A stretch of DNA of 64,000 nucleotides from Planctomycetota bacterium (lineage in GTDB: Bacteria; Planctomycetota; JAJSAM01; JAJVHW01): assembly GCA_965248445.1 (NCBI GenBank), contig CBDFJG010000002.1, positions 512,001 to 576,000 of the forward strand, in the 5' to 3' direction. A model generated the notes under the pieces. That model saw only the letters and a list, made by a program, of their open reading frames with translations. It was not told the DNA's origin and searched no databases. Shown here in pieces: positions 1 through 8,471 of the stretch. Numbering within the stretch: position 1 is the first letter of the stretch; the number at the start of each line of letters is the position of its first letter. The position numbers were made by a program, and so were the translations under genes.

Positions 1-516
1 GGCGCCCAGCCCGAGCCGCATTGCCGCGCTCTCCGGCAGCGAACGGAGCACGTGCCGGACGACGTTCGACCGAGCCACCCGCCGGAGCGCCTGATAGCGC
101 ACGTCCTGGGTACAGAGGAGGTCGCCGTGGGTGTAGAGCACTCGCCGGCCGCCGATGCGCAGGAGGCCCACGTCCGGCAGGGACCGGACCCCCACCGCCT
201 CGAGTTCCGGCGTCGCGGCGAAGTCGCGATTGCCTTCCACGAAGCCCACGTCCACGCCGGACGTCACGAGGTCGGACAGGCCTTCGAGGACGGGGCGGAG
301 GCCGGGGTCGCGAGCCTGTAGAGGCGTCACCCAGAAGTCGAACAAGTCGCCGAGCAGGATCACACGCGAGGCCGCCCTGGCAGGGCCGCGGAGGAACAAC
401 AGGAAGTCGGCGACCCCCTCTGGAGCTTCGGCCGAGAGGTGCGTGTCGCTGACGAGAATGACCGTGGAGCCTGCATCGGAAGAGCTCTTCGGTCCGTCTC
501 CAGGCTCGACCGTCAG
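1..516 (-). CDS. lpxH: UDP-2,3-diacylglucosamine diphosphatase (LpxH-like metallophosphoesterase), 3' end runs off the window
   Basis: Manual minus-strand translation: VILVSDTHL...LLGDLFDFW...VEGNRDF...THGDLLCTQDVRYQALRR, the LpxH DxH/GDxxD/GNRD/HGD motifs. Absent from the ORF track because there is no stop in the window. Start uncertain (CTG at 516). Confidence 0.85.
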   Translation of the reverse strand, partial: MTVEPGDGPKSSSDAGSTVILVSDTHLSAEAPEGVADFLLFLRGPARAASRVILLGDLFDFWVTPLQARDPGLRPVLEGLSDLVTSGVDVGFVEGNRDFAATPELEAVGVRSLPDVGLLRIGGRRVLYTHGDLLCTQDVRYQALRRVARSNVVRHVLRSLPESAAMRLGLGA

Positions 517-612
517 GCTGGACCCCTCCGAGATGCTTCACCTCCAGGCCCGGCGGGGCCGATGGAAGACTACCCGGCGGGCCGCCCCCTTCCGACCGGC
601 CAAGGAGGAACG

Positions 613-1527
613 GTGGGCATTCTCGATCGCATTCGTGGTGGACTCGGCGGATCACGCCGTCCCGACCCGGCGCTCGGCCCCCAGGGGCCGCTGGGCCTGG
701 CCGTAGGCGACGTCGTTCGGTACTACTCCGAGCAGTTCGTGGTCTCGGGCCACCGCTCGTTGGACGGAGACGGCCGCCGGCTCCACCACTACTGCCTGCG
801 CAACGAGCAGGGTGACTGGGTCGTCCTCGCAATCCAGGAGGACGACGACGGCTACTGGCTCGAGCGCACGGTGGAGACACCCGTTCCCGCGGGCGGGAGC
901 GTCGCCGGCCTGACCGACGAGCCGCTGCGTCTCGCGCACCAGGCGAACTTCCGGTGCCGCACGGCCGGCGACACGGGCGTGCCGCCCGCGCGCACCGTGC
1001 AGGTCGAGGAGTACGAGGACGAAGAGGGCGAGAACCGGCTGGTGATCGAGAAGCACGACGGCCGCCGCATCGCGCGCCTCGGCGATCCGGTGCACGAGGG
1101 CGAGCTGTCGTTCGACGGCCAGTCCGAAGCCGGCGGAGACCGTCCGTGGGCCACCGTCGTCGACGGGATGGAAGAGAGCCGGGCCGACGACGGCGACGCG
1201 GGCGACGATCTCGAGCCCGGCGACGACCCCGCGCTCCCACGCGTCAAGAAGGGCACGGCGATGGCCGCTGCGATGGCACTCGAGGGCCGCCTCGGTTCCG
1301 ACGAGAACCAGGGCGCGCTCGAGGTGGTCGAGGACTTCCGCGAGGGCTACGCCGACGACGACTGGGCCGACGACGATGACGATGCGCGCGCCACAGAGAG
1401 CCTGAACGACGTTCGGCGCCTCGAAGACGGCGGCACGCTCTCCTCCGACAACTGGCTCGCCGCCTCCTACTTCCCGAAAGGCTCGGGGAAGGAGTACCGG
1501 CAGGATGATGACTGGCTGTCTGACTAA
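613..1527 (+). CDS. DUF4178-like domain protein with long acidic C-terminal tail
   Basis: GTG at 613 after AAGGAGG, in frame with ORF 439..1527. The LAVGDVVRY...FVVSG...YCL...WVVLAIQEDD pattern resembles DUF4178; D/E-rich tail. Confidence 0.6.
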   Translation: MGILDRIRGGLGGSRRPDPALGPQGPLGLAVGDVVRYYSEQFVVSGHRSLDGDGRRLHHYCLRNEQGDWVVLAIQEDDDGYWLERTVETPVPAGGSVAGLTDEPLRLAHQANFRCRTAGDTGVPPARTVQVEEYEDEEGENRLVIEKHDGRRIARLGDPVHEGELSFDGQSEAGGDRPWATVVDGMEESRADDGDAGDDLEPGDDPALPRVKKGTAMAAAMALEGRLGSDENQGALEVVEDFREGYADDDWADDDDDARATESLNDVRRLEDGGTLSSDNWLAASYFPKGSGKEYRQDDDWLSD

Positions 1528-1543
1528 CCGCTGCGGCGGTTAG

Positions 1544-3212
1544 CCGCATCTGTTCACGAGACGTCGCGATGACGGTGCTTTCGGAGTCCACAGGGTCAGA
1601 TCTTGGCCAGGCGAGGGCGGATGCTGTCGTCGTTGCCACAAGGGCAACGCGAGTGAGCGGCCGAAACGGCGCGGATTCTGCGGTGTGGGCAGACCGTAGG
1701 CCGGGCGGTGGTGTGGCGGACGGCGCGGCGGGACGTCAGGTCGGCTTCGGGGATGCCAGCAGTCGTTGCGCGCAGCGCTCGAAGACGTGCTGCCAGGGCC
1801 ACGACGAGGACATCGAGACCCAGATCCGGCGCGTCGTGATCCGCACGAGCGCGCCGATCTTGAGCAGCCGCAGGCGGATCGTGCCGGCTTGCGCACGCGC
1901 CATCTCGGTGCCGGCGAGACCGATGCGTCGCAGCGCACAGGTCAGGACGTAGGCCATGGCCGACATGGCCATCCGCACGGCGTTGCCCTGCATCGTGTGC
2001 ACCGACAGACGGGTGCCGAAGAGCTCGAGCTGCTGCTCCTTGATGCGATTCTCCGCCTCGCCCCGGGCGCAGTAGAGCTGCTCGTAGAGACGCTTGCTGC
2101 TCCAGCTACGAGGCGGCAGATTGGTCACCACGAAGCGGGGATTGCGCTTGCCGCCCGGCAGGTGCTCGGCCTTGGCGACCACGCGACGCCTCTGGCTCCA
2201 GCTCCCCAGCGTGGTCCAGGCAAAGTCGCGAAAGACCCGGGCTGCTCGGCCGGTCTGCACGGCACGGGCTGCGGCCTCATCGAGCGCGTCTTCGACGTGT
2301 CGCTCAAGGCGCTCATTGCGCGCCATGCCCAGCAGGTAGAAGTGGCCGGCGGCCTCGCACCAGGCCATCAGCTCCTCGCGGCAAAAGCCCGAGTCTGCGC
2401 GCACGAGCACCTTGGCCCGGGGCCAGCGGCGCCGCAGACGTAAGACCAGCGCACGGAGCTCGTCCACGACTCCGCGCGCGGGATCTCTGTCAGCGGTCTG
2501 GAGCCGAGCGAGCAAGAGGTGCTCGCCGCAGAAGACGTACAGCGGCAGGTAGCAGTAGTGCCCGTAGTAGCCGTGGAAGAAGCGGCCCTCCTGCCGGCCG
2601 TGCAGCCGCACGTCGGAGTGGTCCAGGTCCAGCACGAGCAGGCCCGGATCCTCCGGCCCCATGGCCTCGCAGAAGACGTCGCTGAGCACGCTGTCCACGC
2701 GCTCCTGGTCCATCTCGATCTTGGCGTAGCGCGTCTGTGCCGTGGCGCCGAGCTGCGTGGTCTCGAGCCGCGAGAGCGTCGGGTGCGTGGCCAGAGCACC
2801 CTCGCGCTTGCCGCACGCCGCGGCAAACAGCGGGTCCTTGCCGACATGGTCGTGGTCCACCAGATCCTCGTAGCCCGCGCACAGCCCGAAGACCCGCTGA
2901 CGCAGCATCTGGCCGACCGTGTGCTCGACCCGACGCGGGTCCCGGTGGTCCCCGAAGCAGCGCGCAAACCGCGAGAGCAGATCGATGCGACGATCGACCC
3001 GCTCGAGCAGCAGCACGCCCCCGTCGCTCGTCACGGTACCGGCGTCGAAGCGCGTCACCGCGGTGCGTCCACAGATGCCCGCGAAGAGGGTCCCCTGCGG
3101 GCTACAGTCTGTCGTCATCGGGCCGGCGCTCCTGTCGGTGCAAGTACTAGCGAGTACGAGCACTTAGACAGACGACGGCCCGCTCAGATTCCCGGCTGGT
3201 GAACGATTCGGG
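1544..3212 (-). mobile_element. IS1380-family insertion sequence
   Basis: Imperfect terminal IRs CCGCATCTGTTCAC (1544) and GTGAACGATTCGGG (ends 3212), flanked by TTAG/CTAA, enclosing a transposase. Confidence 0.85.
1736..3118 (-). CDS. IS1380-family DDE transposase, apparently intact
   Basis: TSDGG..LL, LDLD, FFHGYY..YCYLPL, VRADSGF, RFVVTN, Y..RGEAENRIKE, TIRLRLLKIGA motifs; ATG at 3118. Confidence 0.95.
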   Translation of the reverse strand: MTTDCSPQGTLFAGICGRTAVTRFDAGTVTSDGGVLLLERVDRRIDLLSRFARCFGDHRDPRRVEHTVGQMLRQRVFGLCAGYEDLVDHDHVGKDPLFAAACGKREGALATHPTLSRLETTQLGATAQTRYAKIEMDQERVDSVLSDVFCEAMGPEDPGLLVLDLDHSDVRLHGRQEGRFFHGYYGHYCYLPLYVFCGEHLLLARLQTADRDPARGVVDELRALVLRLRRRWPRAKVLVRADSGFCREELMAWCEAAGHFYLLGMARNERLERHVEDALDEAAARAVQTGRAARVFRDFAWTTLGSWSQRRRVVAKAEHLPGGKRNPRFVVTNLPPRSWSSKRLYEQLYCARGEAENRIKEQQLELFGTRLSVHTMQGNAVRMAMSAMAYVLTCALRRIGLAGTEMARAQAGTIRLRLLKIGALVRITTRRIWVSMSSSWPWQHVFERCAQRLLASPKPT

Positions 3213-4160
3213 CTAACCGGACAGCGACGCGAAGAACGCTGACACGTCGACGTTTCCGCCGCTGACGAGCACCCCGACCCGGGCGGCCTCGGGAACCGTG
3301 ACGCGGCGGGCGAGGACCGCCGCCAGGGCCACGGCGCCGCTCGGTTCGGCCAGGATCTTCGCCCGCTCCCAGAGCAGCTTCATGGCGGCCACGATCTCGC
3401 CGTCATCCACGGTCACGATGCCGGCGAGGTGCCGGCGGAGCACCTCCAGGTTGCGCTCGCCGATGTGACGGGTGCGCAGTCCGTCGGCGATGGTGCTCGG
3501 CACCGTCGCGAGCGTGACGATCCGGTCCTCGTCCAGCGACCGCCGTCCGTCATCGGCATCCACCGGCTCCACCCCCCAGACGCGGCAGGAGCTGCCCGCA
3601 GCGGCGAGGCAGGCGCCGGATGACAGACCGCCCCCGCCCACCGGCGCGACGATGACGTCGAGTTCCGGGATATCCTCGAGCATCTCGCGAGCCGCGGTTC
3701 CCTGTCCGCCGATGATCCGCTCGTCGTCGTAGGGGTGCACGAGGGTCAGCCCCTGACCCGCGATCAGGTCGTCACAGACGCTCTCTCGGTCCGCGGCATC
3801 GCAACTCACGATGCGCGCGCCATAGCCCTCGGTCGCGCGCCGCTTGATCTGTGGCGCGTCGTGCGGCATCACGATCGTTGCCGGGGCGCCGAGGAGCCGC
3901 GCGGCGAGCGCGACGCCCTGAGCGTGGTTTCCCGAGGAGTGAGTGACCACGCCGCTCCGGCGCTGCTCGTCGGAGAGGGTCGCGACCGTGTTGTACGCCC
4001 CCCGAAACTTGAAGGCGCCGACGCGCTGGAGGTTCTCGCACTTCAAGAAGACGCGGGCATCCGCGGCGGCGTCGATCGCCGCGCACGTGACCAGCGGTGT
4101 GCGGTGCGCGACACCGTCCAGGCGTAGAGCGGCTTCCTCGACGAGTTCGGGGCTCAACAC
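3213..4160 (-). CDS. PLP-dependent threonine/serine dehydratase (serine racemase / threo-3-hydroxyaspartate lyase-like, no regulatory domain)
   Basis: KCENLQRVGAFKFRG, SSGNHAQ, PVGGGGL, AEPSGA, SGGNVD motifs. Confidence 0.92.
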   Translation of the reverse strand: MLSPELVEEAALRLDGVAHRTPLVTCAAIDAAADARVFLKCENLQRVGAFKFRGAYNTVATLSDEQRRSGVVTHSSGNHAQGVALAARLLGAPATIVMPHDAPQIKRRATEGYGARIVSCDAADRESVCDDLIAGQGLTLVHPYDDERIIGGQGTAAREMLEDIPELDVIVAPVGGGGLSSGACLAAAGSSCRVWGVEPVDADDGRRSLDEDRIVTLATVPSTIADGLRTRHIGERNLEVLRRHLAGIVTVDDGEIVAAMKLLWERAKILAEPSGAVALAAVLARRVTVPEAARVGVLVSGGNVDVSAFFASLSG

Positions 4161-4177
4161 GGAGCGCGAGAGTAACG

Positions 4178-5872
4178 CTATCTGAGGGCGAGCACGTCGA
4201 ACACCGTGCGGCCGGTGGTCCTGTCGGCGTACCGCACCACGGCGTGGGCGCGCTGTCCGTCGAGGCGCGCGAGCTGCACCCCGATCTGGCGATGGGATGC
4301 CCGCGGCCGGAGATCCGCCGCCGCATCGGCATCGCGGCCGTCGGTGGCCGAAGCCGCCATCTCGTCGCCGAGTCCGGCGATCCAGTCGAAGACGTCGTCC
4401 AGCACCCAGTCTTTGCCATCCCCTTCGAAGAGGACCTCACTGAGGACCCGTTCGACGCCGGCGGTGTCGTCGCTGCCGGCGACGCCGAGCCAGGCGTCGA
4501 TGCGCCCCTGCCGCGGCCCCTCGCCCGCACCGCCCACCAGCGCGAGGTCCTCCCGGCCATCACCGTCCAGGTCGCCCTTGAGCGTCTGCCGAAAGCTGCC
4601 TGCTGCGTCTTCGAAACGCTTGATCAGTGCATCGGGGTCACGCATCACGCCGAGGATGGCGGGGAGCGTGACGCTCAATTCGCCACGCCACGCCGGCGTC
4701 CGCGCGAACCCCTTCGCGCCGGCGTTGGCGTACCCGACGGCCCCGATGTCGACACTCCACTCGGCCAGGAGCCCGCGCAGAAGTCCGGCGACCGACGGCA
4801 CCTGGATACGGATCAGTGCGAGGTCCGGCAGGTCGTCGTCATCGATGCGCGCGAGCAGTACCGCGGTGACGTCGTCGGCGACCTTCAGCACGGCCGCCGG
4901 GTTCTGGAACTGCGGCCCGGCGGACGTCCCGTGGAAGACCCAGACCTTGCGGCGGTGCGCGATCACGTGGTCGGGGATGCCGTCACCAGTCAGATCACGG
5001 CTCTCCATCGTCTGGCGGTCGCCGCCGGCAAGCGTGCGGCCGAGCCGCAGGTCGCCCGCCGGCGTCGTATCGCGGAATTTGTCGAGTTCCACCTGCACCG
5101 TCGGCGACTCGGGGAACCGTCCGTCCGCGGCTTGCAGGTGGTATGCGCGAAGGTCGCCGTCGCGCACGATCAGGTCGTCGCGACCGTCTCCGTTGACGTC
5201 CTCGAAGCGGAGATCGGGCACGTAGAACGCCGACTCGAGCACGTCCGTCAGGGCTTCCCTGCGCGACCGTGTTTCGCGGCGCAGGTCGACGACGACGCGC
5301 GCCGCCTTCGTGAACGTCGCGATCGTTCCGCCGGCCGACTGGAGCCAGATCTCGCAGTGGCCGCCACTCGGCACGATGACGTCGATGCGTCCGTCGGCGT
5401 TGACGTCCCGCGCGATGTTCGCGAAGCGCGGGGCGCCGACACGCAGAAGGAACCGGGCGCCCTTGGCGAGCTCCACTCCGCGGGCCGCCGGCGCGGCGCC
5501 GCTCGACGCGGGATACGCCATCAGACCGCGAGGTCCGAGGGTCAGCAACGTCAGGCCGGGGTCCTCCGGCCGCAGCTGTACCAATGCCAGAAGACTGCGT
5601 GCCGGATCGGGCAGTGTGAGCGCACCGCCGGGCCCGGTCAGCGCGCCGCCGTCGTCGCCGCGCCAGACACGTACCTCGCCGGCAGTCCCCGCGACGACGA
5701 TCTCGTCGCGGCCGTCGCCATCCACGTCTCCCGTGACGTATCCGGACACCTCGAACTCCGGCGTGAAACTACCCGCCCCGGCGAAGCGACGCGCGGCGGC
5801 CGGCGCGGCGGGCGCCATCGCGAGCACGAGGACCATCGCGAAGACGAGGGGCAGTGCTGCGGCGCGCCTCAC
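4178..5872 (-). CDS. Secreted FG-GAP/VCBS repeat protein
   Basis: Signal peptide ending APA-A; repeated DxDGDGxxD motifs (DVDGDGRDE, DVNADGRID, DVNGDGRDD, DLTGDGIPD, DLDGDGRED). Confidence 0.85.
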   Translation of the reverse strand: MRRAAALPLVFAMVLVLAMAPAAPAAARRFAGAGSFTPEFEVSGYVTGDVDGDGRDEIVVAGTAGEVRVWRGDDGGALTGPGGALTLPDPARSLLALVQLRPEDPGLTLLTLGPRGLMAYPASSGAAPAARGVELAKGARFLLRVGAPRFANIARDVNADGRIDVIVPSGGHCEIWLQSAGGTIATFTKAARVVVDLRRETRSRREALTDVLESAFYVPDLRFEDVNGDGRDDLIVRDGDLRAYHLQAADGRFPESPTVQVELDKFRDTTPAGDLRLGRTLAGGDRQTMESRDLTGDGIPDHVIAHRRKVWVFHGTSAGPQFQNPAAVLKVADDVTAVLLARIDDDDLPDLALIRIQVPSVAGLLRGLLAEWSVDIGAVGYANAGAKGFARTPAWRGELSVTLPAILGVMRDPDALIKRFEDAAGSFRQTLKGDLDGDGREDLALVGGAGEGPRQGRIDAWLGVAGSDDTAGVERVLSEVLFEGDGKDWVLDDVFDWIAGLGDEMAASATDGRDADAAADLRPRASHRQIGVQLARLDGQRAHAVVRYADRTTGRTVFDVLALR

Positions 5873-7431
5873 TTCCCAAACCTCACGTGCAGGAGGGAAC
5901 GGGCGTCGAACAGCGCAATCTCGCGGCCCGCGGGCCCGTCGAGGAACCGCAGTTCGGCCCCCTCGTCGACTCGCGTCTGGTAGAGCGGGCGCTCGACCAC
6001 CGTCAGGCCTCCCTTGGTGCGGCGCACCATGAGGATCCGCAGGAGCGCCGGGTCGTCCCGGAGCATGAGCTCGGACACCCCGTCGCCGGTCAGGTCTCCC
6101 AGGAAGCGCGCGGCGACTTCCCGGCGCGATCGGTGCAGCGTCTTCGCGGGAACGCTGACCGGGACGGTGAGTGCCGGCTGGCGGGTCAGTCTGCCGCCGA
6201 CGTTGCGGTAGACGTAGACCTCGGCCTCCACGGAGCCGCCGCCGGCGGTCGTGACCGCGTCCAGCACATCGAGTCGCGCGGCGCCGATCACCAGATCCGC
6301 ACGGCCGTCGCCGTCCACGTCGTCCAGCCGCGGGTTCGCCGCCAATCCGGCTACGACCAGTAGCTGTCGCGGCCGCCCCTTCTCTCCGAACAGCGTGGCG
6401 TCCGGACCGCCGTTCTTGCGCGCGAAGAGCGCGATCTGCGCACGCGGGTCCGAGGAGTCGCGGTCGCCCGCCACGAGCAGGTAGTCGCTGCGGCGGTCAC
6501 CGTCCATGTCGGCCGTCAGCGCGGCGTAGGAGACGTCGAGCAGCCGGCGCCGGTCCACTTCGATCGGCAGCGCCAAGCGCACGTCGGGCGACTCCGGGAA
6601 CACACCGCCCGGCGACTGCCGCCAGACGACCAGCTCGGCCGCCGTCTGCGCGATCACGTCGAGGTCGCCGTCACCGTCCCAGTCGCGGAAGGCCGGGGCA
6701 GGGACGCTGTCCGCGACGGACAGCAGTTCGCCGCTGCCCTCGGGGCGCACTCCGATCTGCAAGCGAATCTGCCGGCTGCGGGCCCGGCCCCGGATCCTGC
6801 GTGCGCCGCGGCCGACCAGCTGCCCCGCGTCCTCGGGGAGCGACAGCGCTCGCGGCTCGAAGCGCACTTCCTTTCCGTCGCGTCGTTGCAGTGCAACCAC
6901 GTAGCCGTCCGGACCCGGGATCAGGAGGTCGTCGCGGCCGTCCCCGTCGACGTCCAGGACGCCGCTGCTCCAGTCTACGAGTTCACGATTGTGTGGCAGT
7001 TGCCACAGCACGTCGGTTCGCACGACGCGGAGAAAACGACCGCGCCCGGTCTGGCCGCGGCGGACGATGAACACACCGGTCCGCGTGAGCAGGACGATCT
7101 CGTCGCCCGGATCCGGGTGGACGTCGGCGACGGCGAGACCCACTCCGTCGGCGTGCAGTTCAACGGTCTCATCCGGTTCGGGAGGGAACGACACCCTGCC
7201 CGCGCGTCGGTGGTAGACGAGCACTGCGCGGCCGGTGCGCTTGCCACGGCGTGAGACCTGCAGCCAGAGGTCCGGCAGGCCGTCCGCGTTCGCGTCTCCC
7301 GACAGAACCGCCTCGAGTCGATGCCCGCGGGGCATCGTGACCGTCGTCGCGTGACCGAACGAGCGCTCCTGCGCGGCGCCGGTGACGACGAGCGTTGCGA
7401 GGAGCACGCTCACGAAGAGGACGCGTCTCAC
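5869..7431 (-). CDS. Secreted FG-GAP/VCBS repeat protein
   Basis: GTG at 7431 overlaps the upstream TGA (GTGA); signal peptide MRRVLFVSVLLATLVVTGAA; about six DxDGDG repeats. Confidence 0.85.
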   Translation of the reverse strand: MRRVLFVSVLLATLVVTGAAQERSFGHATTVTMPRGHRLEAVLSGDANADGLPDLWLQVSRRGKRTGRAVLVYHRRAGRVSFPPEPDETVELHADGVGLAVADVHPDPGDEIVLLTRTGVFIVRRGQTGRGRFLRVVRTDVLWQLPHNRELVDWSSGVLDVDGDGRDDLLIPGPDGYVVALQRRDGKEVRFEPRALSLPEDAGQLVGRGARRIRGRARSRQIRLQIGVRPEGSGELLSVADSVPAPAFRDWDGDGDLDVIAQTAAELVVWRQSPGGVFPESPDVRLALPIEVDRRRLLDVSYAALTADMDGDRRSDYLLVAGDRDSSDPRAQIALFARKNGGPDATLFGEKGRPRQLLVVAGLAANPRLDDVDGDGRADLVIGAARLDVLDAVTTAGGGSVEAEVYVYRNVGGRLTRQPALTVPVSVPAKTLHRSRREVAARFLGDLTGDGVSELMLRDDPALLRILMVRRTKGGLTVVERPLYQTRVDEGAELRFLDGPAGREIALFDARSLLHVRFGK

Positions 7432-8471
7432 TCGGAGTCCTCCAGCCGGTCGGCATCGCCGCCGGAGAACGAGAACAGCCAGAGAACCCGCCACTCCCAC
7501 GCGGCTCGCGTCGTCCGTTGGAGGAGGAGCCCCGAGAGGATCGACGTCTCCGTCTCGCCACGCTCCGTGCCGCACGAGTAGATCAGCGGGATACTGACGT
7601 TGCGTAGTCCCGTCACGCGCTCCGTCAGGGCGACCTGCCCCTTGCGGCGTTCCTCCCCGCGCACGGCGGTGACAGGAAGTACGGCATCCTCCTCGGCGTT
7701 GCGGATCACGTCGAGCACGACCTGGGGATGCGCGACCCTCCGCCCACCGACCGACGCGAGGACGTCTCCATACTTGAGACCCGCCCCGCGGAAGGGGCTG
7801 TTGCGCGAGAGGCCGACGATCACGGCGCCCGCGCCGGCAGCGAGGCCGGCACGCGACGCCTCGACTTCGGTCGCCGTGCGCAGGACGATTCCGGCGCGCA
7901 GGCCCTCGCGGGAGCGGGAGGTGCTGAGGCGGTCCCGCGGCCGCGCGCGCTGCGCCATCACCACCTCGGCCGTCTTCTCGAGGCCGGCGCGGTCATAGCG
8001 CACGGTGATCCTCGTGCCCGGTGAGGTGTCGTCCTCGACGCCGCGCCAGTCGCTCGCGTACTGCAACGGCAACTCGCCGCGACCGGGCTCACCAACCGAG
8101 TGAAGAAGGTCGTCGGGTTGCAGCCCCGCGGCGTCTCCGGGCGAGTTCTCGATGACGCGGCGGACGAGGACCCCGGTGGACGCTCCACTCGCGTCGTCGT
8201 CGAGCGACGCGGGCTCCTCATCGAGTGAGAGGGCGTCCTCGTCGAGCGAGCCTGCGGCCTGAACCGCGTCATGGACGTGCACACCGCTGTACGACCCGAG
8301 CGGCAGTTCACTACGCGCCGCCTCGTCGTCCGGATCGATCAGGAACGCCGCGGGCTCTTCCATGTCGAAGAGCGGAGGCGGATCCGTCGGCAGATCCGAG
8401 CCGAGCGACTTGCACGCGCCCGCAGACAGGGCGGCGAGAACGGCGAGGACAAGCGGCAGGGAACGGGTCAC
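7428..8471 (-). CDS. Probable lipoprotein with two PDZ-like domains and aromatic beta-strand-like C-terminus
   Basis: GTG at 8471 (GTGA overlap); hydrophobic leader ending SAGAC; SPGDAAGLQPDD and SPFRGAGLKYGD PDZ motifs. Confidence 0.75.
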   Translation of the reverse strand: MTRSLPLVLAVLAALSAGACKSLGSDLPTDPPPLFDMEEPAAFLIDPDDEAARSELPLGSYSGVHVHDAVQAAGSLDEDALSLDEEPASLDDDASGASTGVLVRRVIENSPGDAAGLQPDDLLHSVGEPGRGELPLQYASDWRGVEDDTSPGTRITVRYDRAGLEKTAEVVMAQRARPRDRLSTSRSREGLRAGIVLRTATEVEASRAGLAAGAGAVIVGLSRNSPFRGAGLKYGDVLASVGGRRVAHPQVVLDVIRNAEEDAVLPVTAVRGEERRKGQVALTERVTGLRNVSIPLIYSCGTERGETETSILSGLLLQRTTRAAWEWRVLWLFSFSGGDADRLEDSE

